This document shows, piece after piece, positions 50,885 to 63,275 of a stretch of 64,000 nucleotides of DNA (the first letter of the stretch is position 1; each line of letters begins with the position of its first letter). The position numbers and the translations under genes were made by a program. Below the pieces are notes generated by a model, which saw only the letters and a list, made by a program, of their open reading frames with translations, did no database searches and had not been told where the DNA came from. Where the stretch lies: contig JAWMAR010000103.1 of the NCBI GenBank assembly GCA_036785375.1, positions 434,001 through 498,000 of the forward strand, given 5' to 3'. This stretch comes from Leucoraja ocellata. Lineage: Eukaryota.

Positions 50885-51375
50885 CAACTGAGGAAGGATG
50901 TGCTGGTACCGGAGAGGGTCCAGAGGAGGTTTACAAGAATGATCCCAGGAATAATTGGGTTAACATATGATGAGCGTTTGACGGCAATGGGCCTGTACTC
51001 GCTGGTGTTTGGAAGGATGAGGTGGGACTTCATTGAAACTTACCAAGTAGGGAAAGGCCTGGATAGGGTGGATGTGGAGAGAATGTTTCCACTAGTGGGA
51101 GAGTCTAGGACCAGAGGTCATAGCCTCAGAGTAAAAGGATGTACCTTTAGAAAGGAGGGGGAATTTATTTACTCAGAGAGTGGTTAAACTGTGGAATTCA
51201 TTGCCTCAGATGGCTGTGGTGGCCGTCAATGGATATTTTAATGGTGGAGATGGACAGATTCTTGATAAGTATGAGTGTCAGGAGTTATGGGAAAAGGCAG
51301 GAGAATGCGGTTGAGAGGAAAAGATAGATCAGCCATGATGGACTGAATGGCCCAATTCTGCACCGAGAACTAATG
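50885..51375 (+). mobile_element. CR1 3' fragment
   Basis: ERVQRRFTRMIPG..LTYDERL..GLYSL..RMRWDFIETY...ESRTRGHSL. Confidence 0.9.
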
Positions 51376-52056
51376 AACTTGTGGAACCACTTCACTCAAT
51401 ATCATCTGAAACTGCTCCAAAACATTAGCATGCATCCAAAAGCGCGATGACCAGAATTCGGCACAAAACAGCAGATGGAAAAATGCCAGTAATTGACTGC
51501 CTTTTAAGGACACTATTCAACATCATATGTCAAGAAAGCAATTTTAGTAATGGTGAGCTGTAAGCGAAAAGACAATACATGCATACAATGCCAGAAGTCT
51601 GAAATAAAAACAGAGACTTCTGTTGAAGCACAAGCTGCCAGCATTTATAAAATACTTTGTTTTTGTACTGACAGGGTCCTAATTAATTTGTGAATCCTGC
51701 TTTCTCTTTAAGATGCTGACTGTACAGTTATGTGTTTCCAAAAAAAATGGGTGTAATTGTCTTGAAGGCAATTAATGAATGAAATGTGGGGAAGTGTCAT
51801 TTCCTCATTCTACATCTTTAAAAACCTCTGTTTAATCTGCCTTCTTGACTGGGTCTTTTGAACACCTTACTAACTCAGATATCTCAACCCATTTCCACAT
51901 TGGAAAGGTAAAATAAATTGCAAGTTGCTCAGTTCACAAGCTAAGGATGATGCATTGCGTACCTTCATCTATCAACGGGGATGACATTCTTCCCAGTTTA
52001 GGACAATAGTGTGTGCAGGCAAATAAAAAATGATAATATTTTAATGCGTTGTTTAG

Positions 52057-54830
52057 AGCGGCACAGTGGCTTTGCAGTAGAGTTGCTGCTTTACAGAGAC
52101 CCGGGTTGGATCCTGACTTTGGATGCTGCCTGTACGGAATTTGTATCGTTCTCCCTGTGACCGTGTGGGTTTTCTCCAGATGCTCCGGTTTCCAGCCACA
52201 CTCCAAAGACACATATTTTTTGGCTAATTGGAATCTGTAAATTGTAAATTGTCCCTTGTGTGTAGGATAATGCTAGTGTATGGGGTGATGGTGGGTTTAT
52301 GCAGACTCGGTGGGCTGCAGGGCCTGTTTCCACACTATCTCTCTAATCTTTGATGTAACTTTAGTCGCTCATCCTCGAGCAAGGTGGTAAACCTGTTCTA
52401 TGTCCCTCTATTCACTTTCTTTTTTAATTCATTCAGCTTGCTCTTGAATATCTCAGACTATCAGGGATATTTAGGAGATAGACACAAAAAGCTGGAGTAA
52501 CTCAGCGGGACAGGCAGCATATTTGGAGAGAAGGAATGGGTGATGTTTTGGGTCTAGACCCTTCTTCAAACACTGGGTTTAGAGCCTTTGTATCGCATTA
52601 GCCTGCTGTCACTTTGGAGCCTACTCCACCTCATGGGACATCTCTCAGACATGGATTTACATGTTTGGCTCTCTGCATCCGGAGAAGGCAAGTCTGGGTC
52701 GGTGGTGAATCAAGATTCAGAGAGTTCTGTGAAACCCATGTTTCCATACCCATAATGCTAATATGATATCACACAGTTGATGAAATAGGAAACAAAACTT
52801 GTTGAATTGGTTGTAATGTGATTTTGATCAGGAACCACAAAACCATTTAGAAGTTATTTTGGAAATTATTGAACAGTAAAAAAAAAGCTGTCTTGAGGAA
52901 AAAACAGTCTAGGGTAAAACAAATTGTTTCCATGTCACCTCCCGACAGTAATTAGAGACCATTTTCCCTTAAGAGCGCAGATCACTAGTTTCATTAATTG
53001 AATCTTGAAAATGATAACTGATCATTTATTTTGGCACTTCGTACAATGATATTCCATTAAATAACATAACATACAACCTTTAGTGTGTTTAGCTTGCAGA
53101 AACAAAAAATAACTCCTAGGAATTAAAAAGGCCTTTTGTTCTTGAATATACAGCAGGAACAATAACTGTTATAGTGAGTCTGAAACTCACAAGCCCCCAA
53201 CCCTCCTGTCCCACTGACTCGTTCATTTGTAACATACAGTAATTTTCTACAATGCGAGTTTCTCAGGAATGCAATTTCGCAGGAATGCAACTGTTGTGTT
53301 ATAGCAGAATTATCTGCACTGAGTTAGGTCCACAGCCATGTGGCCCATCCAAGAATAGGAAATTTACCCAGATGTCGAGCATTATTTCCAGTAGAGCTGT
53401 GTTCCACATGTGTTTACTGCAGAGCGAAACCTGTAACAGAGTGATCAGAATAGTTTGCATATGTTTTCAAATACATTGTGTAACAATGCAAATTGCACAA
53501 TTCCCTCATGTGAGGGCGGCACAGTGGGGCAGCGGTAGAGTTGCTGCCTTACAGCGCCAGAGACACGAGTTCGATCCTGACTAAGGGTGCATGGAGTTTG
53601 TCCGTTCTCCTTGTGACCATGTGGATTTTCTCCGGGTGCTTCCGTCTCCTCCCAAAGACGTCCAAATTTGTAGATTGATTAGCTTCAGTAAAAATGTGAA
53701 AAATTGTGTTGTGTATGGGGGAACTCGGTCGGCGAAGGGAACTCGGTGTGCCGAAGGGCCTGTTTCTGTGCTGTATCTCTAAAGACTAGTTGAGAAGCTT
53801 GCAAATGCTCAATGCATAATGCTCTTTGAACAACTTCCAAGAATGATGGTGCAGGTTATAAATCTGCGCATTTACAATTTCAAGTTATCCTATTACATGG
53901 GAGATCCATTCAGCATGGAAATTTGCCCTTCAGACCATCATATTCAGGCTGACCATCAAGAACCCAGACACATTAATCTCATTTTTCCTCTCGCGTCTCC
54001 ACCCACACCGGGGCAAATTACAGAGGACCCAGGAGAAGGCCGTGCAGTCCCAGGGGAAACCTGGGGAAACCTGCAAACACCACACTAACAGCAGCCGCGT
54101 TGCAGATCAAAGCCAGGTTGCCAAAGCTCTGAAGCAATTTCACCTCGCATCTCACCGGGACAGGCAACATCTGTGGAGGAAAATGGACTAACAACCCTTC
54201 TTCAGACTGATGGATTAGAGGGGAGAAAGCTGGAGAAATGTCCTGATGTAAAACATCGTCTGTCCATTTCTCCTTACAGATGCTGCCTGACCCGTTGGGT
54301 TCTTCCAGCAATAGGGCAAAAAGTGCTGGAGTAACTCAGCAATTCAGGCAGCATCCCTGGAGTACATGGCTAGGTCAAGATCCTTCTTCAGAGTGAGAAT
54401 GGGAGGAGGGGAGGAGAAGATGAAGATGGAGAGGGGTGCAAGATATCCAAGTTCTCCAAGGGATGCTGCTGAACTTCTGAGTTACTCCAACACTTTGTGC
54501 CTGTGTATTATCCAGCATCTGTAGTTATTTGTTTCTACAAGTTTAGTTTAGTTTAGTTAGAGATACAGCGTGAAAACAGGACCTTTGTCCCAACGAGTCC
54601 GTGCCGACCAGGGATCCTCGCACATTAATACTATCCTACACACTAGGGACAATTTACACATACACCAAGCCAATTAACCTACATACCTGCACGTCTTTGG
54701 TCTCGGAAAAACCCACATGGTCAGGGGGAGAACGTACAACTCCATACAGTTTGCACCGATAGCCGGGATCGAACCCTGGTCTCCGGTGCTGCAAGCGCCG
54801 TAAGGCAGTAACTCTACCGCTGCACCACCA
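52057..54830. mobile_element. V-SINEs (+52057-52345, +53514-53785, -54540-54830) and PLE termini (52478-52570, 54150-54540), with unique sequence between
   Basis: Family motifs as above. Confidence 0.7.
53236..53318. mobile_element. decayed Tc1/mariner (Tigger-like) MITE
   Basis: Imperfect TIRs 'acagtaattttctacaatgcga' / 'ttgtgttatagcagaattatctgc'. Confidence 0.4.
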
Positions 54831-55463
54831 TGAGTTCATCCAACACTTTTTGCTGAACATTTCAGCAGCCACAGTTTCTGGTGTATTCATCTCACATCTT
54901 CCTTGAGGTAATACATTTCAGGATAAGATTTTCTATTTTCCAATTTCTCGACAAATTCTCACAAATAATTGCGCTCACGTCCCTTTAACTTCAGTGTAAA
55001 CCACTGTCAACTCTTGATCAACTGCGTGGTGAAATGTGTGTCAACACACTGATTTACATATCAATTAAAACCTCTCAGAATCTTGTAACACTACTTTCTG
55101 CAAATAGCATATAAATGTTGCTGGTGTCGTTGCAAATAAATATACGAGGTCCAAATTAAATAGATTGTAAATTTCGTTTGTGTGACTGGCTTCTTCATTG
55201 TAATTTCATTTGCAGTTTCAAATTAAGTATCTCCGTTGTATTGAGAGTGTTTATCAGCTTAGAAATGTTCACCTCAATTCATTTCCTCTTCTGAGAGGGC
55301 AATTAAATAAGATGGAACAGGCAATTACACCCATGTAGCACTTTAGAATCATAAAGTCATACAGCATGGAAACAGGCCCTTCAGCCCATCTCATTTATGC
55401 TGTCCAAGATGCCCCATCTAAGTTGGTCCCATTTGCTCACATTTGGTGCATATTCTTCGAAAC

Positions 55464-55967
55464 CAGGGGTGTCAAACTACCGCGGGCCAGATGTGGCCCA
55501 CACAGGGGTCCAATCCGGCCCACGGGATGATTTGGGGGGGAAAAAAATTATATTCAGGACCATTTATTATGTATCTGTATCGCAGCCGGTCTCTCTCTCT
55601 CTCCCGCCGCTCTCGCTCACTGCCTTCTCTCCCACCGCTGTCTGTGCCGCCTGCTGCGCCGGCAGGGGCGCTCCCGTCCTCCGCTCTGTGATTGACCTGC
55701 GGTTGCCATGGGGTCGGTTGCCCCGGGCAACAGCCATCAAAGAAACAAGATGGCGGCGGGGCACTCTCATCCTCCACTCCGTGAATGGCCCGTGGTTGCC
55801 AAGGGGACGGTTGCCCTGGGTAACAGCCGTCAAACAGACAAAATGGCGGCGCTGAGCTCCCCTTGGGCTGGCTGACCTACGTTCGCGCGTGCACAACTGA
55901 TCCGGCCCGCATGAAGTCGCATTTTGCCGAATCCGGGCCGTGACCTAAAATGAGTTTGACGCTCCTG
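55464..55967. mobile_element. hAT (Charlie-like) MITE, 504 bp
   Basis: TIRs caggggtgtcaaact / agtttgacgctcctg; 8-bp TSD ttcgaaac / gtctaaac (6/8); interrupts a CR1 3' UTR. Confidence 0.85.
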
Positions 55968-56578
55968 GTCTAAACCATTCCTATCCATGTATCCATCCAA
56001 GTGTTCTGGAATGTTGTTAAAGGATCAGCCTCAGCTACCCTCCTCTGGCATCATCCTCAGTGTGAAAAAGTTGATCCATGATTCCTATTAAATCTTTCCC
56101 TGCTCCCCTTAAACCTACATTCTCTGGTTCCCGATTCCCATACTCTGTGCATTCACCCCGTCGATTCCCCGCATGATTTTATATACCTCTAAGGCAATCC
56201 CTGGGTCTCCTGCATCCAAGAAATGAAGTCCTAACCCACCCAACCTCTCCCGAAAGCTCATTAGTGACATGCCCCCTTCTGCTTCATTGGATCATTAACG
56301 ATCGCAAATTAAGATAAAAAAGATATGGAGGGATCAGGAAATAGCAAAATGCTTGGTCGAAGAGGTAGATTATAAGAAATCTGAGCTTAAAGGATGGAGA
56401 CACGGGTGTTTTTTAAGTCAAACATGAGATATGGGCAGAGGTAGCAAGTTACGCATTTAGGGCCATTCCTAGTTCCTAACTGGTATTGAGAAAATAGTTG
56501 CAAGGTACCTTTTTAAATGATTCCATTTATTGTGTTGATGATATTTTCATGTTTCAATGGCTTCTTTATTGTCACGAG

Positions 56579-56722
56579 CAGTGACAGACTGGCCAGGGTG
56601 CCAGCTTGCCCGATGGCAAGTGGGCCCCTGATGAAGTGGGCCCCCTATATCAAGTGGGCCCCTGATGAAGTGGGCCCCCTTTGTTCCTGGCAACCAATAT
56701 TTTTAGACCCAGTCCGCCACTG
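56579..56722. mobile_element. hAT-type MITE, 144 bp
   Basis: TIRs cagtgacagactgg / ccagtccgccactg; 8-bp TSD gtcacgag / gtcatgaa (6/8). Confidence 0.8.
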
Positions 56723-57964
56723 GTCATGAATACAATGACACAGTGATCTGCATACAATCCAGTCAAATTATACCATACAAGGGTATAATAGATCGACAGA
56801 AAAGGTTGGAGTAACAGCATCAGAGTCAGGCTGCAATCCTGGAGAAAATGAATAGGCGATGTTTCACGCCAAGACCCTTCTTCAGACTGAAAGTCCGGGG
56901 TGGAGGAAACAAGAGATACGAAAAGGTACAAAGAAATAAATGAATGAGAGGTATGAATGAAAGGACAAATCAGCAGGCAACAATGATCAAGAAAAGGTCG
57001 AGCCCACTAGGGTTCATTTTTGGCTGTGGAGAAGGCGATAACGAGTGAATACCAATGGTGAAAGAACGATCTGAAGTTAGGTCTCGACCTGAAATGTCAC
57101 CTATCCTTTTCCTCCAGAGTTCCTAGCTGGCCCGTTGAGTTACCCCAGCACTTGCTGTCTATCTTTGGTATAAACCTGCATCTCCATTTCTTTGTTTCCA
57201 CTATCTTGTTATAGTATCTGCCTCAACTTCCTCTTCAGGTAGTTCATTCCAAATACCCACCACCCTTTGGGTGAAAATATATATGAGAACAAACGAGATG
57301 AAGGAGATATTTGGAAATAAGCATAAGCATCCTAAAACTGCAACAGTGTAGATCAGGGAATGTAGGCTCGGTGTGATTTTGGAAATACAACCTTGGCTCT
57401 GGTATAAATCTGAGATGGCTTTCAACCTTATTCATTCTTTGCCAGAGCAATCCATTCCCCCCACATCTCTCACTTCCCACGATGGTGATAATTGATCCAT
57501 CTCGTCACAGGGCAACTGAAGAGCTTTGTCATAAGAAAGTTCCTCGAGGATAAATGGACTGAATGACACAAAGGTGGTCATGGAACTAAATGGCAGATAT
57601 CCATTGTAACAGGGATGTTGGACAAGCTTCAGAAATGTTGCTCAAAGATTTCACTCTTCTAATGATTATGATATACATTTCAGGTACATTGCTGTCTTTG
57701 TTTTCACTGTCGTGATGGTATCACGCTAGTATCAAGTTTGTTCCCGATTGCCATTATAACTATTGTACTGTTCTACCTGCTGCATGAGAAAGAAAGACGT
57801 ATTTATATCGAGCTTTTCACATCAGTTTTAGGATATCCTGAAGCAGTTTACAGTCAATAACGTGCTTTTGAAGTGAAGTTATTCTTGTAAAGTAGGAAAT
57901 GTAACAGCTAACTAAGTACCTAGCAGTACCTACTAACATTAACACTGAATTCTACAATGTTAGA

Positions 57965-58850
57965 TAACACCAACCCCCTTTTTACCCTTTCTCTTCCCTG
58001 TGACCCGCCTGGATGTGCACCCATTTATCCCGCTGTTCTCTTCTCCCCCCCCCCCCCTTTTCTCCACCAATATTCCTTCCTCTGACTTCACATTTCACTC
58101 CTCTTCCCTTATCTTTTTATCTCCGGCCTTTACCAATCATTCCCTCTGCCAATCAACCCCCCCCCCCCCCCCCACCCTAACCTGTACCCATGAAACAGTC
58201 CATAGAATTCCTCAATTGTGGCTTTCCCCTTGGAATGCCCCCCCCTACACTTAATTCCACCGCTAACTATTTGATTCAGCGTCAACATTGCCCTTAACTA
58301 TTGAGAAGTGAAAGAAAGCCAAGGGCCGACTAAGAAGCAACATGGCAGCAAGGGCAGACCGTATCAATGACCTTGCTTGATGATTGTCCACCAAAATCAC
58401 ATCCCCGAGGTCCACCAGTATATGCTCCTCTTCCCAGAAAGTGGGAGATAAAGTTTGCAGAGGGAAACAGCTTCAAAAATCAAAACTTCTCCTCCCATGT
58501 TTGGGAAGAGGAGGAGTTACCAAGTGGACCTCGGAGATGTGGTTTTCGTGACCTTCATCAAGAAAGGACACAGGCCCAACGATAATGACCACAGGGGAGT
58601 CTCCATGGAGAGTCCACACCACGATGCTTGTTAATCCTAGTGGCAGAAAAGCAGTTCCCACCTTACACTTGCCAGGCTCTGTGTTGCCTCTACACCTCTT
58701 CCAGCTTTCTCCTTCCCACTACAATCAGTCTGAAGAAGACGACTCCAAAACATCACCTACACAGGTCCTCCAGAGATGCTGCCTGACCCGCTGAGTTCCA
58801 CCAACATTTTGTGTCCATTTTAGTAAACCAGCATCTGCTGATCATTTGGT
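57965..58850 (+). mobile_element. Penelope-like 3' UTR and terminus, split by an orphan insertion at 58191-58660
   Basis: The UTR breaks after 'cctgtaccca' and resumes 'ccttacacttgccaggc...caatcagtctgaagaag...gatgctgcctgacccgctgag'. Confidence 0.7.
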
Positions 58851-59169
58851 CAACATTAACAGTATCGCGATTACAGTGAAATGATTTGCTTAATTGATGT
58901 CAATTGAGTGATCAACATTGGTCAGGACTCCAGCATAATTCTTCTTTTAAGTCAAAATAGTGCAGGGGATTTTGTTTACATCCACATGAGAAAAAAAGAT
59001 TTCAAAATCTCACCCATAATTCACCTCTCACAGGGCAATGCTCTCTCACAATTATACTGGAAGGTCAAACTGTAATTCTGTTCCCAAATTACTGCAGAAA
59101 CACCAAAATCTACAACTTCTGGTGACATGTGGCATTAATGTGGCCCAAGGCACAACCACAAGATGATGA

Positions 59170-59690
59170 GGTTAGTTTAGCGATTGAGCATGTAAACAGG
59201 TTCTACAGCCCATGGAGACTATGCCAACAATCGCTCACCTGTTCAAATTAGTTCAAAGCTATTCCACTTTTTCATCCACTCCCTGGATACTAAGAAGGAA
59301 CTGCAGATGCTGGTTTAAACCAAAGATAGATACAAAAAGCTGGTGTAACACAGCGGGGCAGGCAGCATCTTTGGAGAGAAGGAATGGGTGATGTTTCGGG
59401 TCTCGTACCGAACAGTCACCCATTCCTTCTCTCCAGAGATGCTGCCTGTCCTGTTGAGTTACTCCAGCTTTTTGTGTCTATCTCTAGACACTAGGGACAA
59501 TTTACAGATGCCAATTAACCTACAAGCCCACCTGTCTCTGGGATGTGGGAGGAAACCGGAGCACCCAGGGGAAACCCACGTGGTGACAAGGAGAACGTGC
59601 AAACTCCACACGGACAGCACCAAAGCTCTGGATCGAACCCGGGCCTCTGTTACTGTGAGGTAGTGGCTCTACCAGCTGCACCACTGTTAC
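59170..59690 (-). mobile_element. V-SINE interrupted by a PLE fold-back (59293-59485)
   Basis: SINE tail and central domain either side of the inverted pair. Confidence 0.8.
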
Positions 59691-60419
59691 CCTTTTGATA
59701 GTTTGCGATTTGGCCTCAAACATATCCTGTAAACAAATTTGTGGCACAGGTTTCTCTGGTGTGAATTGTGTTTTTTGGATCAAAACACCAACATTAGTTC
59801 TGGCCTTTGCTGTCAAACGCTTCTTATCTCTGTATTCTTTTTGAAGCTACTGTTTTCAAAAACAAATTAAGTGCAAATTAACCGTGGTGAAAGAGCTGGT
59901 AGGTTTTCTTTGATGGGCTGACAGAACAGCAGTATAAAGTAAGGCATTACGGTCTGGTTTGAATGGGGTAAGTGGAGCCTAGACAGCAGCCAAAGTTACT
60001 GACGGCACTTTAAACATCCTATTAAGCGCAAGCAGGGTTATTGGTTTTATAACTGCCTGCCTTTTCAGACCTGTAACATCACAGATAAGGCACACTTATT
60101 AAGCATACATATAAAGCAGTGCTGTTTAAAGATCAAAGCCTCCTTTCCATTGATAAAAGCACTTGTGTTTTGTTTAATGGGTGTAGAGTACTCACTTGGT
60201 AGAAGTGATTTAACTCAAAACGTCACTGGCTCCTGCAAAATGAAGCTGGTTTACATGGTTCACTCAGCATTTCACCGTCTGTCATCACTGCCAGTTGCTT
60301 TTACAAAGTTGCTAAATTGTTTCCTCTCTATGGAGCTGACGTTTAAAGTACAAGTTCAGATGGGCATCGGGATAAGCACACTTCAACACAAATTTACCCA
60401 AGGTTTTCCAATGTACAAA

Positions 60420-60908
60420 ATGTTGCCTGGGTTTCAACAACTAAGTTACAGAGATAGGTTGAATAAGTTAGGTCTTTATTCTCTGGAGCGCAGAAGGTTA
60501 AGGGGGGACCTGATAGAGGTCTTTAAAATGATGAGAGGGATAGACAGAGTTGATGTGGACAAGCTTTTCCCTTTGAGAATAGGGAAGATTCAAACAAGAG
60601 GACATGACTTCAGAATTAAGGGACAGAAGTTTAGGGGTAATATGAGGGGGAACTTCTTTACGCAGAGAGTGGTGGCGGTGTGGAATGAGCTCCCAGTGGA
60701 AGTGGTGGAGGCAGGTTCATTGGTATCATTTAAAAATAAATTGGATAGGCATATGGATGAGAAGGGAATGGAGGGTTATGGTATGAGTGCAAGCAGGTGG
60801 GACTAAGAGGAAAAAAAAATTTTGTTCGGCATGGACTTGTAGGGCCGAGATGGCCTGTTTCCGTGCTGTAATTGTTATATGGTTATATGGTTACATGGTT
60901 ATATGGTT
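60420..60908 (+). mobile_element. young CR1 3' end with (ttatatgg)n tail
   Basis: Uninterrupted frame MLPGFQQLSYRDRLNKLGLYSLERRRLRGDLIEVFK...GMEGYGMSASRWD*. Confidence 0.92.
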
Positions 60909-61044
60909 TTACAAAGTAATCGAACATCTCCAACAAAATTACTGAAACATAGTCATTGCTTGATTTTAATGTGACGAGTTTAAAAACGTGAGATTTTTTC
61001 TGTGTTTCACCACATGGTGGGATTGAACTGTGCTTTATCTAATA

Positions 61045-61530
61045 GAGTGGCTACCTCACAGCGCCATAGACCCGGGTTTGATCCTGACCTCGGGTACTGT
61101 CTGTGTGGTGTTTGCTCTTTCTCCCTGTGACCTCATAGGTTTCCTCACGGTTGCGGTTTCCTCTCACACCTCAAAGATGGGCAGCGTGAAGAAGGGTCTC
61201 GACCCGAAACATCACCCATTCCTTCTCTCCAGAGATGCTGCCAGTCCCGCTGAGTTACTCCAGCTTTTTGTGTCTATCTTAGGTTTATAGGTTAATTGGC
61301 CTCTGCAAATTACCCCTAGTGTTATGTAGTATCTGGAGTAATTTACAGGGGCCAATTGACCTACAAACCTGCAGGTCTTTGGGCTGCGAGAGGAAACTGA
61401 AGCACCCGGAGGAAAACCACGCGGTCGCAATGAGAACGTGCAAGCTCCACAGAGACAACTTTCGAGGCCAGGGTCGATCCCGGGTCCTTGGCATTGTGAG
61501 GCACTCCACCAGCTGCTCCACCGTGCTGCC
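61045..61530. mobile_element. tail-to-tail V-SINE pair; the + copy carries a PLE terminus (61186-61280)
   Basis: Inverted central domains meeting at about 61320-61340. Confidence 0.8.
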
Positions 61531-62944
61531 CTGGAATCAAACCTTTATTTCAATCTCTTTGTAAATATAATCTCACTGATTAATTACCAAGTGAAACTTT
61601 AATCGATGGATAGCCACACTTAATGCGGATCCTCCAATTCCAACCAAGAAATGCCAAATCCAGATAATAACTAAGTGGTCAAAACGTAAAAAGAGTGGAG
61701 GTCCATATGGATTAGGGGAATGCATTTACACAGATCATTAAAATGTATCAGGTACAAGATCTAATCAGAAAGGTTAATTGAATCTAAATCTAACTTTAGA
61801 TTAGAATATCAATTTAGATTATCAAAAGAGATGACACAAACTAGATTTGTATTAAAAGCAAAAAGCAAAGTTCTGGAGGAACTCAGCAGACCAGCTGCAG
61901 CAGGAAATGGATGACAAAGTTTCGAGTCAAGACCCTTCTTCATTTTCTAAAGGGTTCGTGATCCAAAACGGCATTAGATTATTTCTCTTCACCAATGTTG
62001 CCTGGCCCATTGTTCCTCCAGTACTCTGTTTTTTTCTCAATATTCCAGCACCTGCATTTGCTTGGTTTGTATTCTCAGGCATATAGTTTGGTGGGAAGAG
62101 TGGCAGTGTGGTTGGGTGGATGGGGTTGGAAATTACTTTGAATGAGATATTTTCCATTTTGGTGAAGGAAGGTGTGAATTCAAGGGATACAATGTGGAGG
62201 ACTAATTTCAGGCAGTCCTTACTATCTCCTGCCCTTCTCAGCTCTCCCTCAGCCCTCTGGCTCCACCTCTTCCTTTCTTCTTCCATCGCTTTTGCGTTAA
62301 CTTAAATATTGCTTCAAAGTTTCATTTGACTTTTGAGACTTGGCAATGAAGTACTTTGTTGACCTGTCACTTTGATGACAACCAAGCACAGATCAACAGT
62401 ATTAAATTTGGCTTGACTCGTTTGCAAATGGCTGCTTCATTTCCCAGCCGTTTCACATCACTGCAGCGTTACCCATCTGTTGCAAAATGGAGTAACCAAG
62501 CTGAGAGAATTTACATTATCAATTCCAGTGCTCAGATCACATGCCAGCGGGGAGACCTTGTGTACTTCAACATAGCTGACGTCATCTTCACTGGACAATG
62601 AGTGCAGCAGAACTCAGTGCCTTTAACCATTCAGAGGCTCAGGAACCTCTCTTCAAGAAACACTGTGGGGAAAACCATAATCAGATTGCAACGGTTGCTT
62701 CCCTTTGTTGATAAAAAAACCCCAAGACTGATTGATAGATTAAGGATCACAGAAAAAAACAATTATAACAGGTTGTCGATCATGTTGCTTTGCTCATGGC
62801 TTTGGTCCTCCTTTGTGTTCAGGATCAATAGATGGTGAGGGAATCAAGGGAGACAGGGTGAGTGCAGTAAGGCGGTGCTGAGGTAGAAAACCTTATTGTA
62901 TATGGGCCAACATAAAAGGCCTATTCCAGCTTCCATTTCTCACA

Positions 62945-63275
62945 TCATGAGAGGAATAGATCACGTAAACGCACAGAAGTGCCTCTTGCCCAGAGTAGGG
63001 GAAACTGAGAAACCGGAGGACATAGGTTTAAGGTGAGGGGGGGATAAATTGTGAACATGAGGGCTAACTTCTTTATTTTCCACAAAGGGTGATGGATGGA
63101 TGGAATGAGTTGCTGGAGGAGATAGTTGAGGCAGGTTCTAGTGCAACATTAGACAGGTATATGGATAGTATTGGTTTAGAGGGATATGGGCCAAATGCAG
63201 GCAGGTGGGACTAGTGTAGATGGGACATGTAGGTCAGCATGGGCAAGTTGGGTCGCAGGGCCCGGGTCCACAACT
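62945..63275 (+). mobile_element. CR1 3' fragment
   Basis: ORF2 end plus 3' UTR. Confidence 0.8.

Noticed and set aside
52602-52693. Possible exon with GC donor (AAG|gcaagt), open in three frames
   Set aside because: Weak acceptor, non-canonical donor, no recognisable peptide; not supportable from sequence alone.
56628-56670. Two CTGATGA boxes suggesting a hammerhead or C/D snoRNA
   Set aside because: No GAAA or stem II downstream; part of the MITE internal duplication.
60150-60806. 218-aa ORF as a host gene or domesticated LINE fusion
   Set aside because: The C-terminal half is a young CR1 end; the N-terminal half starts at TTG in unremarkable sequence, consistent with chance read-through.
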